DNA of 64,000 nt from Octopus sinensis. Lineage: Eukaryota. The notes beneath the pieces are model-generated. The model saw only the letters and a program-made list of their open reading frames with translations. It searched no databases and was not told where the DNA came from. This document shows, piece after piece, positions 26,601 through 38,600 of the stretch. Each line of letters begins with the position of its first letter. Position 1 is the stretch's first letter. The stretch is from NCBI RefSeq assembly GCF_006345805.1, contig NC_042998.1:39556001-39620000 (forward strand), in the 5' to 3' direction. A program made the position numbers and the translations under genes.

Positions 26601-29600
26601 CCATGTATTTTTATAATGGGTTGTAATGAATAACAGTTGCATTGAATTTACCTTGTTCTCCTTGACATTTGTTCATCTATGGCCACTCCAGGCACACAGA
26701 CTATTTAATGCATAACCAACACACAGCTACATCAAGATGAAGCAGCCACAGTTAACTTAACCAAAACTCATAATCAATAACCAACCTTGTTCTACATGTA
26801 AGCAATAATAAATGTTTGCGTTTTATTTCTATTTTATTTATTTTCAGTTTTGTAACATATGCTCAGCTCAATGAGGCAGAAGTTGCAATATCAAAATTTA
26901 ACAATTTGAAAATAGCTGGTGATGAGCCATTAAATGTTAAGCTTTCTTTCAAAGATGAGAAGAGGATCAATCAACAGAAATTGGTTAGTGTTCCATATTA
27001 GTTTTGTTTTCCATTTCACTGTTCTGACTGAGGTGGTGTTGTTTATTGGAAGTCTTGTTATTGAAGTAAAAGGGGGAGGATGGAAAAAGAAATTTACTCA
27101 GTATATTTCACTTTCACTATTATCATCGTTTAATATCCGCTTTCCATGCTGGCATGGGTTGGATGGTTTGACTGAGGACTGACAAGCCAGGAGGCTGCTC
27201 CAATCTGATCTAGCAAGGTTTCTGCCGCTGGATACCCTTCCTAACATCAATCACTCTGAGAGTGCAGTGGGTACTTTTTACTTGCCATTGGCACGAGGGC
27301 CAGTTAGGCGGCAACTGGCATCGGCCACTCTCGAATGATGCTTTTTAAGTGCCACTGTTGCGGGGGCCAGTCAGTCAGCACTGACAGTGATCACGCTCGA
27401 ATGGTGCATTTTGTGTGCCACCAGCACAGGAGCCAAGTTTTCATTTATATAATGGGGCCAAGATGCTAAATAAATTTTTCATTCTTTGTGCATTATGGGG
27501 ACTATCATTACTCTTTTTTTTGCTTGAGAGGTTCATGATTAAATGCATTAAACTTTAGTTTTGGTATTTAAACTCCATTTCATCACATGGCTCTAAATAT
27601 ATTGTTCAGAAAAGCAAATAACTGGAATTATAATTCTCCAAATAACAGAAGTTTGAGTCATTTTCTGTGAAACTCCTATTTACTGATCTTAACTCTCTTA
27701 GCAGCGTCTGTGGAAATAAAACTTTGAATCATGTGTGGGAAAGAAAAGCGGTCTGCAAGAAAAAGAAAACCAAATTCCATGTGGTATAATGCATGAAAGG
27801 TGTAATGGAATTGAAGTCTAGTTGATAGTGAATAAAAATTTCAATTCTTGATGCACAAGAGTAGTTGGCAGTCAGCACTGGTAAAATAAATTCCTTGCAA
27901 TGCTGAGAAGAGTGTATAGAAGTAGTTTAATAGCTTCTGGTACACAGAGGTGAAGGTTGATTGCAAAACTTTCAAAACCATACAAGGAAGTAAAATGGTC
28001 ATATAATGATAATGGTTTTTGGTTATACTAATCTAGAAATTGGGGTTTATGGTTCTTTTATGTCCTATAACTTAGCATTTTGATAAATGGAGTTCATTGA
28101 AATAAGTTGTGGGTTGATAAGATTTTCTAAATCTCTCGATGTATCAGTCAATGAATCGTCATCGTTTTAAGTTTACTTTTCCTTGGTTACATGGCTTGGC
28201 AACCTCGTGAAGTATTAGAAATGAATGACAAGGTTAGTGTGATGGAGATGCTTGTTCATAACCTTCCCATATATGGTTGGCTTTAGGTTTTTGCCTCCCA
28301 ATTGCTCTTGCAACACAAAAATTATCTAAGGTTTCTTTCTTTCATAGAAAGTTATAAAGACAGCCCACCCCCTTGCAAAATACAATCCTGCAAACTGTAT
28401 TGGGGAGTTTTTTTATTTGTTCATCTTACTGGATGTTTACTATTCCTGATGTTGGCAACTTTGCTGTAGCTCTTGTCATTTTTTTCCCCTCTAGATGCAG
28501 TGAGATGTCATTTCACAAACATTTGATTTTTTATTATATATACCAAAAAAAGCAACCCTTTTCTATTTGCAGTCATGCTTGAAAGTTTGACCAAAATAAA
28601 ATACTAATTAGAAAATCCTGGTTATTGTACAAGCATGATAATTTTCATGCTGAGATTTTTGCTTTATGTACAGAAGTGAATTTGCTGTCTTCCTGACACG
28701 ATTTCCAATCTACCATATGCTTATTCTGTGGGTTTGCTTCATGTATATTGCCACAGACAGATTTTCAAGTTTTACTTGCTTGTTTTCAGAATATATTCCT
28801 CCCCATTATTGTTATTGCCGTCCAAGTTGTTTTCACTTCCTTTGAGTTTCTACTATAAAATCTAGAAACATTGGTATCCATTTTACAAAATGATGGAAGG
28901 TTACAGCAATATGAGAAAAGGAATATGGATAAATAGTCCCACACCTTAATTTAAAAACTATGTCAACATAATTCCTATTATCACTAGATTAGTAGCATGA
29001 TTTATATCAATATTTTTATTTAAATATGACTAATGAAGTGGTTTTGAGCTGGTTGGTAATAGTGGAGCAAGGGCAATGTTGAGTAGGGAAGAGTTACTTT
29101 TTGAATCCTTGAGATTTGGGAAAGGAACACAACTATCTTTGTTCTTCTTTTATCCTCTAACCTCTCACCTAACACACTGCCACTTCCCTTGATTCCACTC
29201 CCTCTCTCAGCTGAGAGTTTTTTGTCTTGCAGCTACTTGGCAACCCTGTTGGTGTTGGGATCACATATGAAGCACCCAGTACACTCGAAAGTGGTTGGCA
29301 TTAGGAAGGGTATCCAGTTATGGAAACTATGCCAAAAACAGACAAAACCTGGTTCAGCACTCTGGCTTACAAGCTTCTGTCAAACCATCCAACCCATGCC
29401 AGCATGGAAAACGGATGTTTAACGGTGATGATTAGATTTGAACCCCTATCTTGTAAACATCTTGGTTTAAATGTTTCTAAGTATTTACTAAGATATGTAG
29501 ATCTGAATCTTATTTATTCTTCTTATGCTTATGACTTCATTCATTTTGAAGAAAGAAGCTCATCATGCATGCATGATCATTAAATGCCCACCTGGATGAG

Positions 29601-32600
29601 TTAAGTGAATTCAATGAAGCATTTTTGTGGATGGCTGGATGTCTTTCTTGTTGCCAACCCTCATTCTTCCATTACTCAACCAACACATTGCAAAAATTCC
29701 CCATGTTTTGTTTACTGTTTTTACTATCTTTTTAATATACCATTTTCATAAATTTTATCTTATTTTCAGCAAGAATCTGCATTCTTCAAAAACGTTCACT
29801 CTAGGATTGACTCTTCTAATGAAAGTGATTCTGAGGTAAGAGGGTTTATCATTTATATTTGTTAGAAACTATACAAGGAAATGTCTTGTGTCTTACAAAA
29901 TACACTCCTCGTGTTTCAATTAAATTCTAAAATAATCGTGAATTTAGACTGGCTTAATAAAACAACTCTTTTATTTATCAATATATTAATGTGATTGCAA
30001 ACTTATATATATTCACACACAATATTCCTAAAGGTTTTCAGATTTCTTCCTTCCAAGCATGTGGGGAAGCCTCAAAATATTGTTTTCTTCCTCTTTGTTT
30101 ATGTTCTGCATAACAATTTATTTCTGCAGTAATCGATTCCGGGGGGAAAAGTAACCCCCCCCCCCAGTAATCTAATGGTTTTGTTTTCTTGCAAAAAGAC
30201 TAGTCAGGTCATAACCCGTGGGCCCTACCTGGGACGTAGTCAGTCCACCTGTACATACCTTCCTTCTTGTGACACTTGTGAAGACCTGCTGAGGCAAGTG
30301 AAAATCAAATCAAATCAAAACAAATCAAAATAGATGAACATCAATGGAATTTGTATCCTTGTGGTACCAGTGCCGGTGGCACACAAGAATCCATCCGAAC
30401 GTGGCCGTAGTCAGTACCGCTTGTGGTGCCGGTGGCACACAAGAATCCATCCGAACGTGGCCGTAGTCAGTACCGCATCACTCGCCATCGTGCTGTGGGC
30501 ACATAACAAACACCATCCGGTCGTGGCCGTTCGCCAGCCTCATCTAGCACCTGTGTCGGTGGCACATAAAAAGTAGTCAGTACCGCTTGTGGTACCAGTG
30601 CCGGTGGCACACAAGAATCCATCCGAACATGGCCGTAGTCAGTACCGCATCACTGGCCATCGTGCTGTGGGCTCATAACAAACACCATCCGGTCGTGGCC
30701 GTTCGCCAGCCTCATCTAGCACCTGTGTCGGTGGCACATAAAAACACCTTCCGAAGACCCGGCAAGACTAGTCAGGCCATAAACCATGGCCCCTACCTGG
30801 GACGTAGTCAGTCCACCTGTGCATACCTTCCTCCTTGTGATACTTGTGAAGGCCTGTTGAGGCAAGTGAAAATCAAAATCAAAATCAAATCAAAACAAAT
30901 CAAAATAGATGAACATCAATGGAATCTGTATCTTTGTGGTACCAGTGCCGGTGGCACACACTTTGTGGTACCAGTGCCGGTGGCACACAAGAGAACCATC
31001 CGAACGTGGCCGTAGCCAGTTCCGCATCGACCGGCCTCCGTGCTGTGGGCACGTAACAAACACCATCCGATCATGGCCGTTCGCCAGCCTCATCTGGCAC
31101 CTGTGTCGGTGGCACATAAAAACACCTTCCGAAGACCGGCAAGACTAGTCAGTCCACCTGTGCATACCTTCCTTCTTGTGACACTTGTGAAGACCGGTTG
31201 AGGCAAGTGAAAATCAAATCAAATCAAAATAGACAAAATAGATGAACATCAATGGAATTTGTATCTTGTGGTACCAGTGCTTGTGGCACACAAGAAAATC
31301 CATCAGTGCCGTAGTCAGTGCGGTGGGCACATGACAAACACCATCCGATCGTGGCTGTTCGCCAGCCTCATCTAGCACCTGTGTCGGTGGCACATAAAAA
31401 CACCATCCGAAGACCCGGCAAGACTAGTCAGGCCATAACCCATGGCCCCTACCTGGGACGTAGTCAGTCCACCTGTGCATACCTTCCTTCTTGTGACACT
31501 TGTGAAGACCTGTTGAGGCAAGTGAAAATCAAAACAAATCAAAATAGATGAACATCAATGGAATTTGTATCTTTGTGGTACCAGTGCCCGTGGCACATAA
31601 GAAAACCATCCGAACGTGGCCGTGGCCAGTACCGCATCGACTGGCCTCTGTGCTGTGGGCACGTAACAAGCACCATCCGATCGTGGCCGTTTGCCAGCCT
31701 CATCTGGCACCTGTGTCGGTGGCACATAAAAACACCATCCGAGCATGGCCGTCTGCCAGCCTCGTCTGGCACCTGTGTCGGTGGCACATAAAAACACCAT
31801 CCGAGCGTGGCCGTCTGCCAGCCTCGTCTGGCACCTGTGTCGGTGGCACATAAAAAACACCATCCGAGCGTGGCCGTCTGCCAGCCTCGTCTGGCACCTG
31901 TGTCGGTGGCACATAAAAAACACCATCCGAGCATGGCCGTTTGCCAGCCTCGTCTGGCACCTGTGTCGGTGGCACATAAAATCACCCACTACACTCTCGG
32001 AGTGGTTGGCGTTAGGAAGGGCATCCAGCTGTAGAAACACTGCCAGATCTGACTGGACTGGTGCAGCTTTCGGGCTCCCCAGACCCCAGTTGAACCGTCC
32101 AACCCATGCTAGCATGGAAAGCGGACGTTAAATGATGATGATGATGATGATGACTGCGACTGTCTAATATCTCCCTAAAAATAACTAACGAAAAGAGTTT
32201 TTAAATTCTTACTATAATCAGGTATCCCCCCCCCACTTCCCACTTTCTGAACTATTAGAATTGCTTCACTTTGGAAAAAAAAGTAAATAACCACATACGT
32301 GGGTTTTATGTTTGCTTGACAATATGAAACTGGTATCCAGTTTTCATTCATAGTGAAACACTTCAAAAAATTGTAATGGGGAAAAAAAAATTTTCTAAAA
32401 TTCACAGCACTCACATGTAAAATAATGTCTGACTCAGTGTGACTTGGTTGTTTACGTGTTTTCACGAATATACTAATGAGATTTGTGCTGAAATTCTAAC
32501 TTAAATATGAATAGGTCGCTATGGCTGGCTTCAGGTGGGTTGGTATCAAAAGGGTTATTGAATTCCAAGTTTATTACCATCGTTTCTCTGTTTCTTCTTT

Positions 32601-35600
32601 GCAAGTTGCACATTCCAGTGTAGCTTTAGTCAACTTGGCAGACAAGCTGCTTCTGATTCTTTCATAGTTCTGAGATTAGGGATGTGAAGTGACCTCCAAC
32701 TATTAAAATTCTTCATATGAACTGGAAGCATTCTTGGTGCTTCAATTTGTTAGGCAATCAGAGGAGATCTTTCAAAAGCTGGGGTTCTTCTTTTTTTGCA
32801 TAAGAATTCAACTCCACACTGCAAGCCAGAAAACTATCTGACAATTCAGCTGTGTTTCCACTGCCTATGCTGGTGAATTATAGCAGCCACAGTGCTGTTT
32901 TTAGTTAGGTATACTTGGCTGTGCCTTGGATACATTTTCCTGTTGGATAAGATGGTACTTCATCAGTGGCATAGCTGTGTCATTTAATTACAACTGATTT
33001 TGGTATCTGATTCCATTGTGTGGGACTTTGGGCAAATGTCTTCTGCTGTAGCCTTGGGTTGGCCAGTGTCTTATGAGTAAAATTTGAAAGATAGAAATAG
33101 TATAGAAGGCTGTTTGTGTGTTTGTACAGGGTGTGCAAAAGGCAGCTGAAACAAACCATAGCAATGACTGTATACCAGGAATAGGTGGTCCCTGCCTATC
33201 ACCATGTCTAGGATGGTAGCACTTGATTCCTTGGCACCATGAAGTTGACGACTACTTCTAACAGTTTCTCTGATACACTGTGCAAGGGGCTCAAATTAAA
33301 GAGTGTAAAGGTCAGAAAAACCAAACAAATTTCCCCAGTTCTTGCCAGGCATGAACTTGCACTTAATGTTTTGGTTTTGCAGAAGCTGCATTGGTGCTCC
33401 CTGGGAAGAGAGGAGTTGGAGCTTTTGCAGAATGACATTGTGGCTGTCTTGTCCCCATTGCCTTTGGATATTTGAGGTGAATACAGTAGAAAGAGAGTTG
33501 GTTGGGTCAGAGAAGTTAACTGTTTGTTTTGTTTTGTTTTTTTAATAATGAGAAACATTGTAATGTACTTCAAAATGCCAGGATGTTCCTGGAAAGTGAA
33601 AGACTGAACATTTTAGTGAGGATAGGAACAGGTTCTGAGGCACATTGCCAGGGCTTGTGATCATGTTGATTTGGTGGGCCATGTGATAGATAAAGGCATT
33701 TTTTGCAGGTTACATTATGTTCCAGCAGGAGTTGCACTGCTTGGTAACCCTAACCCTCACAGAAGTGGGGAAGATTTTCCAGGTATTGATGGCCTTGTTT
33801 TTACTTGCACAGCTCTGAGTGGATAACATTATGGGGCTTGGAACATTTAGGTTTTGTTGAGGATACGTCTAATGAGTAGCTTCAGCCACCTGAGTAGCTG
33901 TTTCTGATGAATTAGGAGTGAGGCTTGTCTGCTGCCAGGGATAACTGGAATAAATCTACTGGAGCTTCAATCAGCCCATAGGATCGGGGAATGAGGATGG
34001 TGTGCCGTGTTGGGCATTTTTAATGAGGCAGTAGTAGGATGGTGCAATAAGTGCATCAGACAGGGTTTGGTAGAGAGGCATGGTTTTGAGATGGGAGAGC
34101 AATGGTGACTGTGTGCTAGGATGGGAATAAGATGAAATGAAGAATGAGTAATAGTAAAAGATTTGGCTTCTCAGCAGCACCATCGTTACAGGATGAATGG
34201 GAGAGTCATTGAGAGTGATGACTTTGAATGGAGGAGGATATCTAGTCAAAGACTTATACCTCCTCTTCCATTGGTGGTTTGACAAGTTGAGAGAGTGATA
34301 GAGGGGCCAGATGTGAGATAGACTTTGAAGCTGAGTAACTGAAACGAGTTGATTGCTACCATCTTCTTTTGGAGTGAATTTAAGTGTTTGTATCTTGGAC
34401 AGTGGACATGGGTTGTAAAAGTTGCAAAACTTGTGGTTTGTTTGTAAGAAGTGATGTGTCAGATCCAGTTTGGGGAGAATTTCTAGATTATTGGTTTGCA
34501 TAACATCATGCATGTGAGTATTTATTGTTTCAATGGGCTTCAAAATCAGCATTTCTCATGAGCTTCTAACAATTTCAATTTCTTTCTTTCCAGGACAACT
34601 ACTCAGATTCAGAAACAAGGTAAGGAGGAGATTTTATTTATCTGAGAGGATATCAGCCGTGATGTCTCTGAATTTACTTTTTTAAAAATTTTTGTTACCT
34701 TTAACTTGTTAATTACTGGAAAGTGCCATGTTTACAAAGTGAATTTTGGGACGAAATGTTCTTTTGTATTTATTGTTTTTGCATATTCTGGGTTAACAAT
34801 TAAGAGTATAAAACTGAAATTTATTAGATTGGCATACTTTCATTGTAAGAATCTTGAAATTCTTTTGTGATTTTCTCTTTCATCCATTCAGAACATTGAC
34901 TATGGAGTCACTTCATGGAAAGTAAAAAGTTGTTAGTTTTTACCTCTTTCTATTGCAATATCAGTAAGAGAATTCTTTTTTGGAACATTGGGTCTTGAAG
35001 CACATCACAAAGTTATAAATAATAGCATATAGATATTGGATAGAAAAAGTTGAAGGCTGCCCATTCTTTTGAAAATTTCTAAAATTCTTATGAGATATTG
35101 CCTAGCAAAAATGTGAGCCATCTCAATTGATGGAAACGGTGGGGTGGCTTCAGTAATTCTGGTTATTGCAACAGTTTTAATATTTTTGTTTTCTATATGA
35201 AAATCTGAGTTTATTTTGGTTAAAAGTTTTGTTTTCCTTTCTGAATACTTTGCTAGAATTAGCAACTGTCTGGAAAAATGGATTTATTGTGATGGAACAT
35301 TTGATCTTGTTCAAAAGGAAGGTTATCTGTTATAATTGTTCTCTAATATTTCTGGTTAATTTAATTTGATTTTTCTTTTTGATTTTGTTATTCCAGGCCT
35401 CGTTATTCCAGGAGTGAAAAATCCAATGATAAATATGCACAGCATTCAATATCCTCAGCATGTATGTATAATTGTTTCATTATTCTATAACTGCAAATAT
35501 TTGTTTGTGGTTGTGATATTGGGTTATACTTTGGCACAAGACAACAAGATCACACTGTTATAGACTGAACACTTTCTGTTATGTGATCTCAGTTCTTTGA

Positions 35601-38600
35601 GCCAGTGTGTGTGTGTGTATGTGAGAGAGATTCAGCTGGAAGTATTCAGGCATCAGACCACAACTTGCCACTTGATGTATGGAGGAGAGGGAGAGACAAA
35701 TTATTTACACCCTATACTTATTCACCATCATTGAATTAGTGAGGTGATGTCTAGCAGTAATATACTGGTGTCAGTTTTATTGGCTGTGTTCCACCTCATT
35801 GCAAGCTGTCTTGTACCAGATCACAAAGAATAAGTTACAAGGAAGATTCTTTCTGTTCAAATAAATCTTGTCTTGGGAGGGTCATTATGCCAATAGTAAT
35901 AAACACATGCACTGTTAGCCAGTCAGTTAAATATCTAACCAGCTAACTAATCAATCATTTGTTTAATGTGTTGGTTAAACAATCAGTTGGTTGTCTGTTT
36001 CTCAAAGTCCTTCCATAGCTATTCTCAACCTCTTCAAAGCCTGGCTTGAGTCTGAGAATTATTAATCTCATGCTTGTGTATGTAGATGTATGGTTGCTTA
36101 CAAAAGAAGAGAAGGGTGAGAGTAAATGAAAAGTGTGTGTGGATTAGCAAAAATTGGTTTACTTTAAATACCTCATTATTTACTTTTGACTGATTGAAAT
36201 CTTACCACGATTCACTCTTTCTTTATACTATCTTGGTGCATGCATGTGAGTATGTGTACATGCATGTCTGATCTGGGTTTATTTCTGTCTAAAGGTGAGT
36301 GGACTTGAATATCAGTAATTGGTATTTTAAATGTGTTGTTCAGGTTTTGGTGAAAGATTTGGTATTCATAAGACATCAGTTCTGGCATGATAATCAAGGT
36401 AAAAGGATACCACAGAGAGAATACAGCATGTGTTTTTAAGCCTTTTGACACCTTGCCTGAGACGGCTCCCATCAAATTCCTCGGTGATAGTAGAGTCCAA
36501 CACTTGCAGTGAGTGTGGAGGCTCTGAGTAGGTGTCATTTTTGTTTAGGATGGAGTGGCGGTGGTGGTGTAGATGCAGTGGTGTTTTCTTGACCCGAGTA
36601 ATCGTCGAGAGTTTTTGGTTTTTTAAAGAAACAACGCTCTGAAGGTATTCATTTATAGAATTGAAGCAGGTCTAGTGTGTGTAGTTTGGACCCTGTGTTG
36701 TGGAGTATGGTTATAGAAGGTTAGGGAGGAACAAAGAATCCTTCTGTCAACATAAACATATGCATTGGCAGCAGGTAGGTCAGCAATACATAGAAAGAAG
36801 TGGATGGAGGACAAAGCTCAATCCTGGGTAACTTTGGAGCTGAATGAAAGGAAGACAGAGCTCAGTGGACACATGGTGTGATGGTGCAACCTAAGAGGAA
36901 GCTTCTGATTCAAGAGATAAATGGAGCCTGTAGGTGTAGGGTGTTTTTGTAGCTGTTCTTCTGGACACAGGTGAAGAAGGCTTTGCTGATGTCTATGACA
37001 ACAACATTGCTTTCACTGAACTTATTAAAGTGAGGGCCTGTTGGCGGATGACATTTCAGAGTAGACCTTTAGTGGATCAAGTTATTTGGAAATGGTAAGT
37101 AGTGGTGGTCACTGATGGAGGGGACGGATTTAAGGCACTGGAGATGATCATTGTTAATGACTGTTTCTATCACCTGAGAGGGGTTTGAGGTGAAAGCAGT
37201 AGAACAATAATTGCCTGGCTCAGTGGGGTTAGGTTTCTGTGGAATGTCAGGGTGTATTTCTGTAGAGAGTGAGAGATTAAAGAGTTTGGTAGATGCAGAA
37301 GTCAATTCTGATGGACAACAGAAGGGACACTGTCCGGGCTGGTGATGTTTGTTTGAATCATCTAGCAGCATTTGCACGCTTGGTGTATGGGTAGCATACA
37401 GGAAGGGGTAGAATGGTATAGGTTTGAAGGGGACTGAGTAAGGGTATAATGGTTGATGCAAAGTAAGCACCAAAAAGAGAGGTTGTCTCTGCGAGGATTA
37501 CTGCTTACAAAGCCATCATTATTTGGAAGAGGAGGAAAACTGGACTTGGCAAAGTTGGCGGAGCCTCTGTTGGCAAGTTTGAGATAGGAAAGTGTGAAGG
37601 CCATGTGGTGGACATTGCCTCATTTAGAAACCCTTAATTAATAAGGCAGAATCATTAGCATGCCAGGCGAAATGCTTAGTGGCATTTTGTCCGTCTTTAT
37701 GTTTTGAGTTCAAATTCTGCTGAGATATCAACTTTGTCTTTCATCCTTTCGGGGTCAATTAAATAAATGGGGGTTGATATAATCAGCTAACCACTCCCCT
37801 CCAAAAATTTCAGGCTTTATGCCTTTATTATTTAGCTTCAGTTTTATTTATTTTCCAGCAAACCAGTGCCACGTTCCTCTTCCCTCAGATGAAGAACAAA
37901 AACCTGAAGCCATTATTTCCATCTATTGACCTTAATCAATTCTTTATGCAGTAATTATTTCTGGCAAGACCAACACTTGATTTACTCAGTTCCACATCCA
38001 TTTCTACACATTTGTATAGGGAAGATAGTAGATTAGTCAGTTTTTTTGTTAGAATTTCATTGAATTGCAATGAGTTGGCTCTACCTACCTGTCTTGAAAA
38101 GTGGTCTGAGAGTACCATGGGGAAATTTTATGCAAAAAGCACATTTAAGTGAACTCCAAGATGAGTGTATCACTCATCTGTCATCTATCCATCAATAAAT
38201 CAACATTTTTTTTCCAGATTCTTCTCATGAAAAGCAATGTTTTTCAAAAAATAATTCATCAAAAAAAATACAAAAGACTTACTCTCAGCAACGGGAAAAG
38301 AATGTCAGAAACTATGGAAATTTGGAAGTTTCTAATGATATGTGGAAATATAAGGATTCAGACGAAGAATCTACAAAATTCAAATCTCCACCAAAGAAAA
38401 ATTTTTCCAAATCTCCTGCCAAGTCTTTGAATAATTCTCAAGGTTCAGGTAATTCTATTTTGCATTTAATTAGAATTTTTTGCCTAATATTTGTTGAATC
38501 ATAGCTCAAGAGTAAGGTCTTAAACAATTATTGGGTGATTGGTCTTATCTTGTTTGTCATTAGACTGTAGCCATGATGGGGCAGCATCTTAGATTTAGCT

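Noticed and set aside
30196-32000. CRISPR-like array of palindromic repeats
   Set aside because: The spacers are near-identical to each other, there are no cas genes, the context is a eukaryotic intron, and the modules belong to an RTE 3' UTR
31539-32131. Cys/His-rich repetitive ORFs on both strands (also 48088-48589)
   Set aside because: They are open only because of the tandem VNTR; there are no splice signals or coding signature
33971-34552. 193-aa minus-strand ORF
   Set aside because: No recognisable domain; it sits in a decayed repeat-like region and is probably a chance open frame in an old LINE remnant
37859-37930. Extra exon after a TTTTCCAG acceptor
   Set aside because: It reaches a stop in the required phase and has no usable donor
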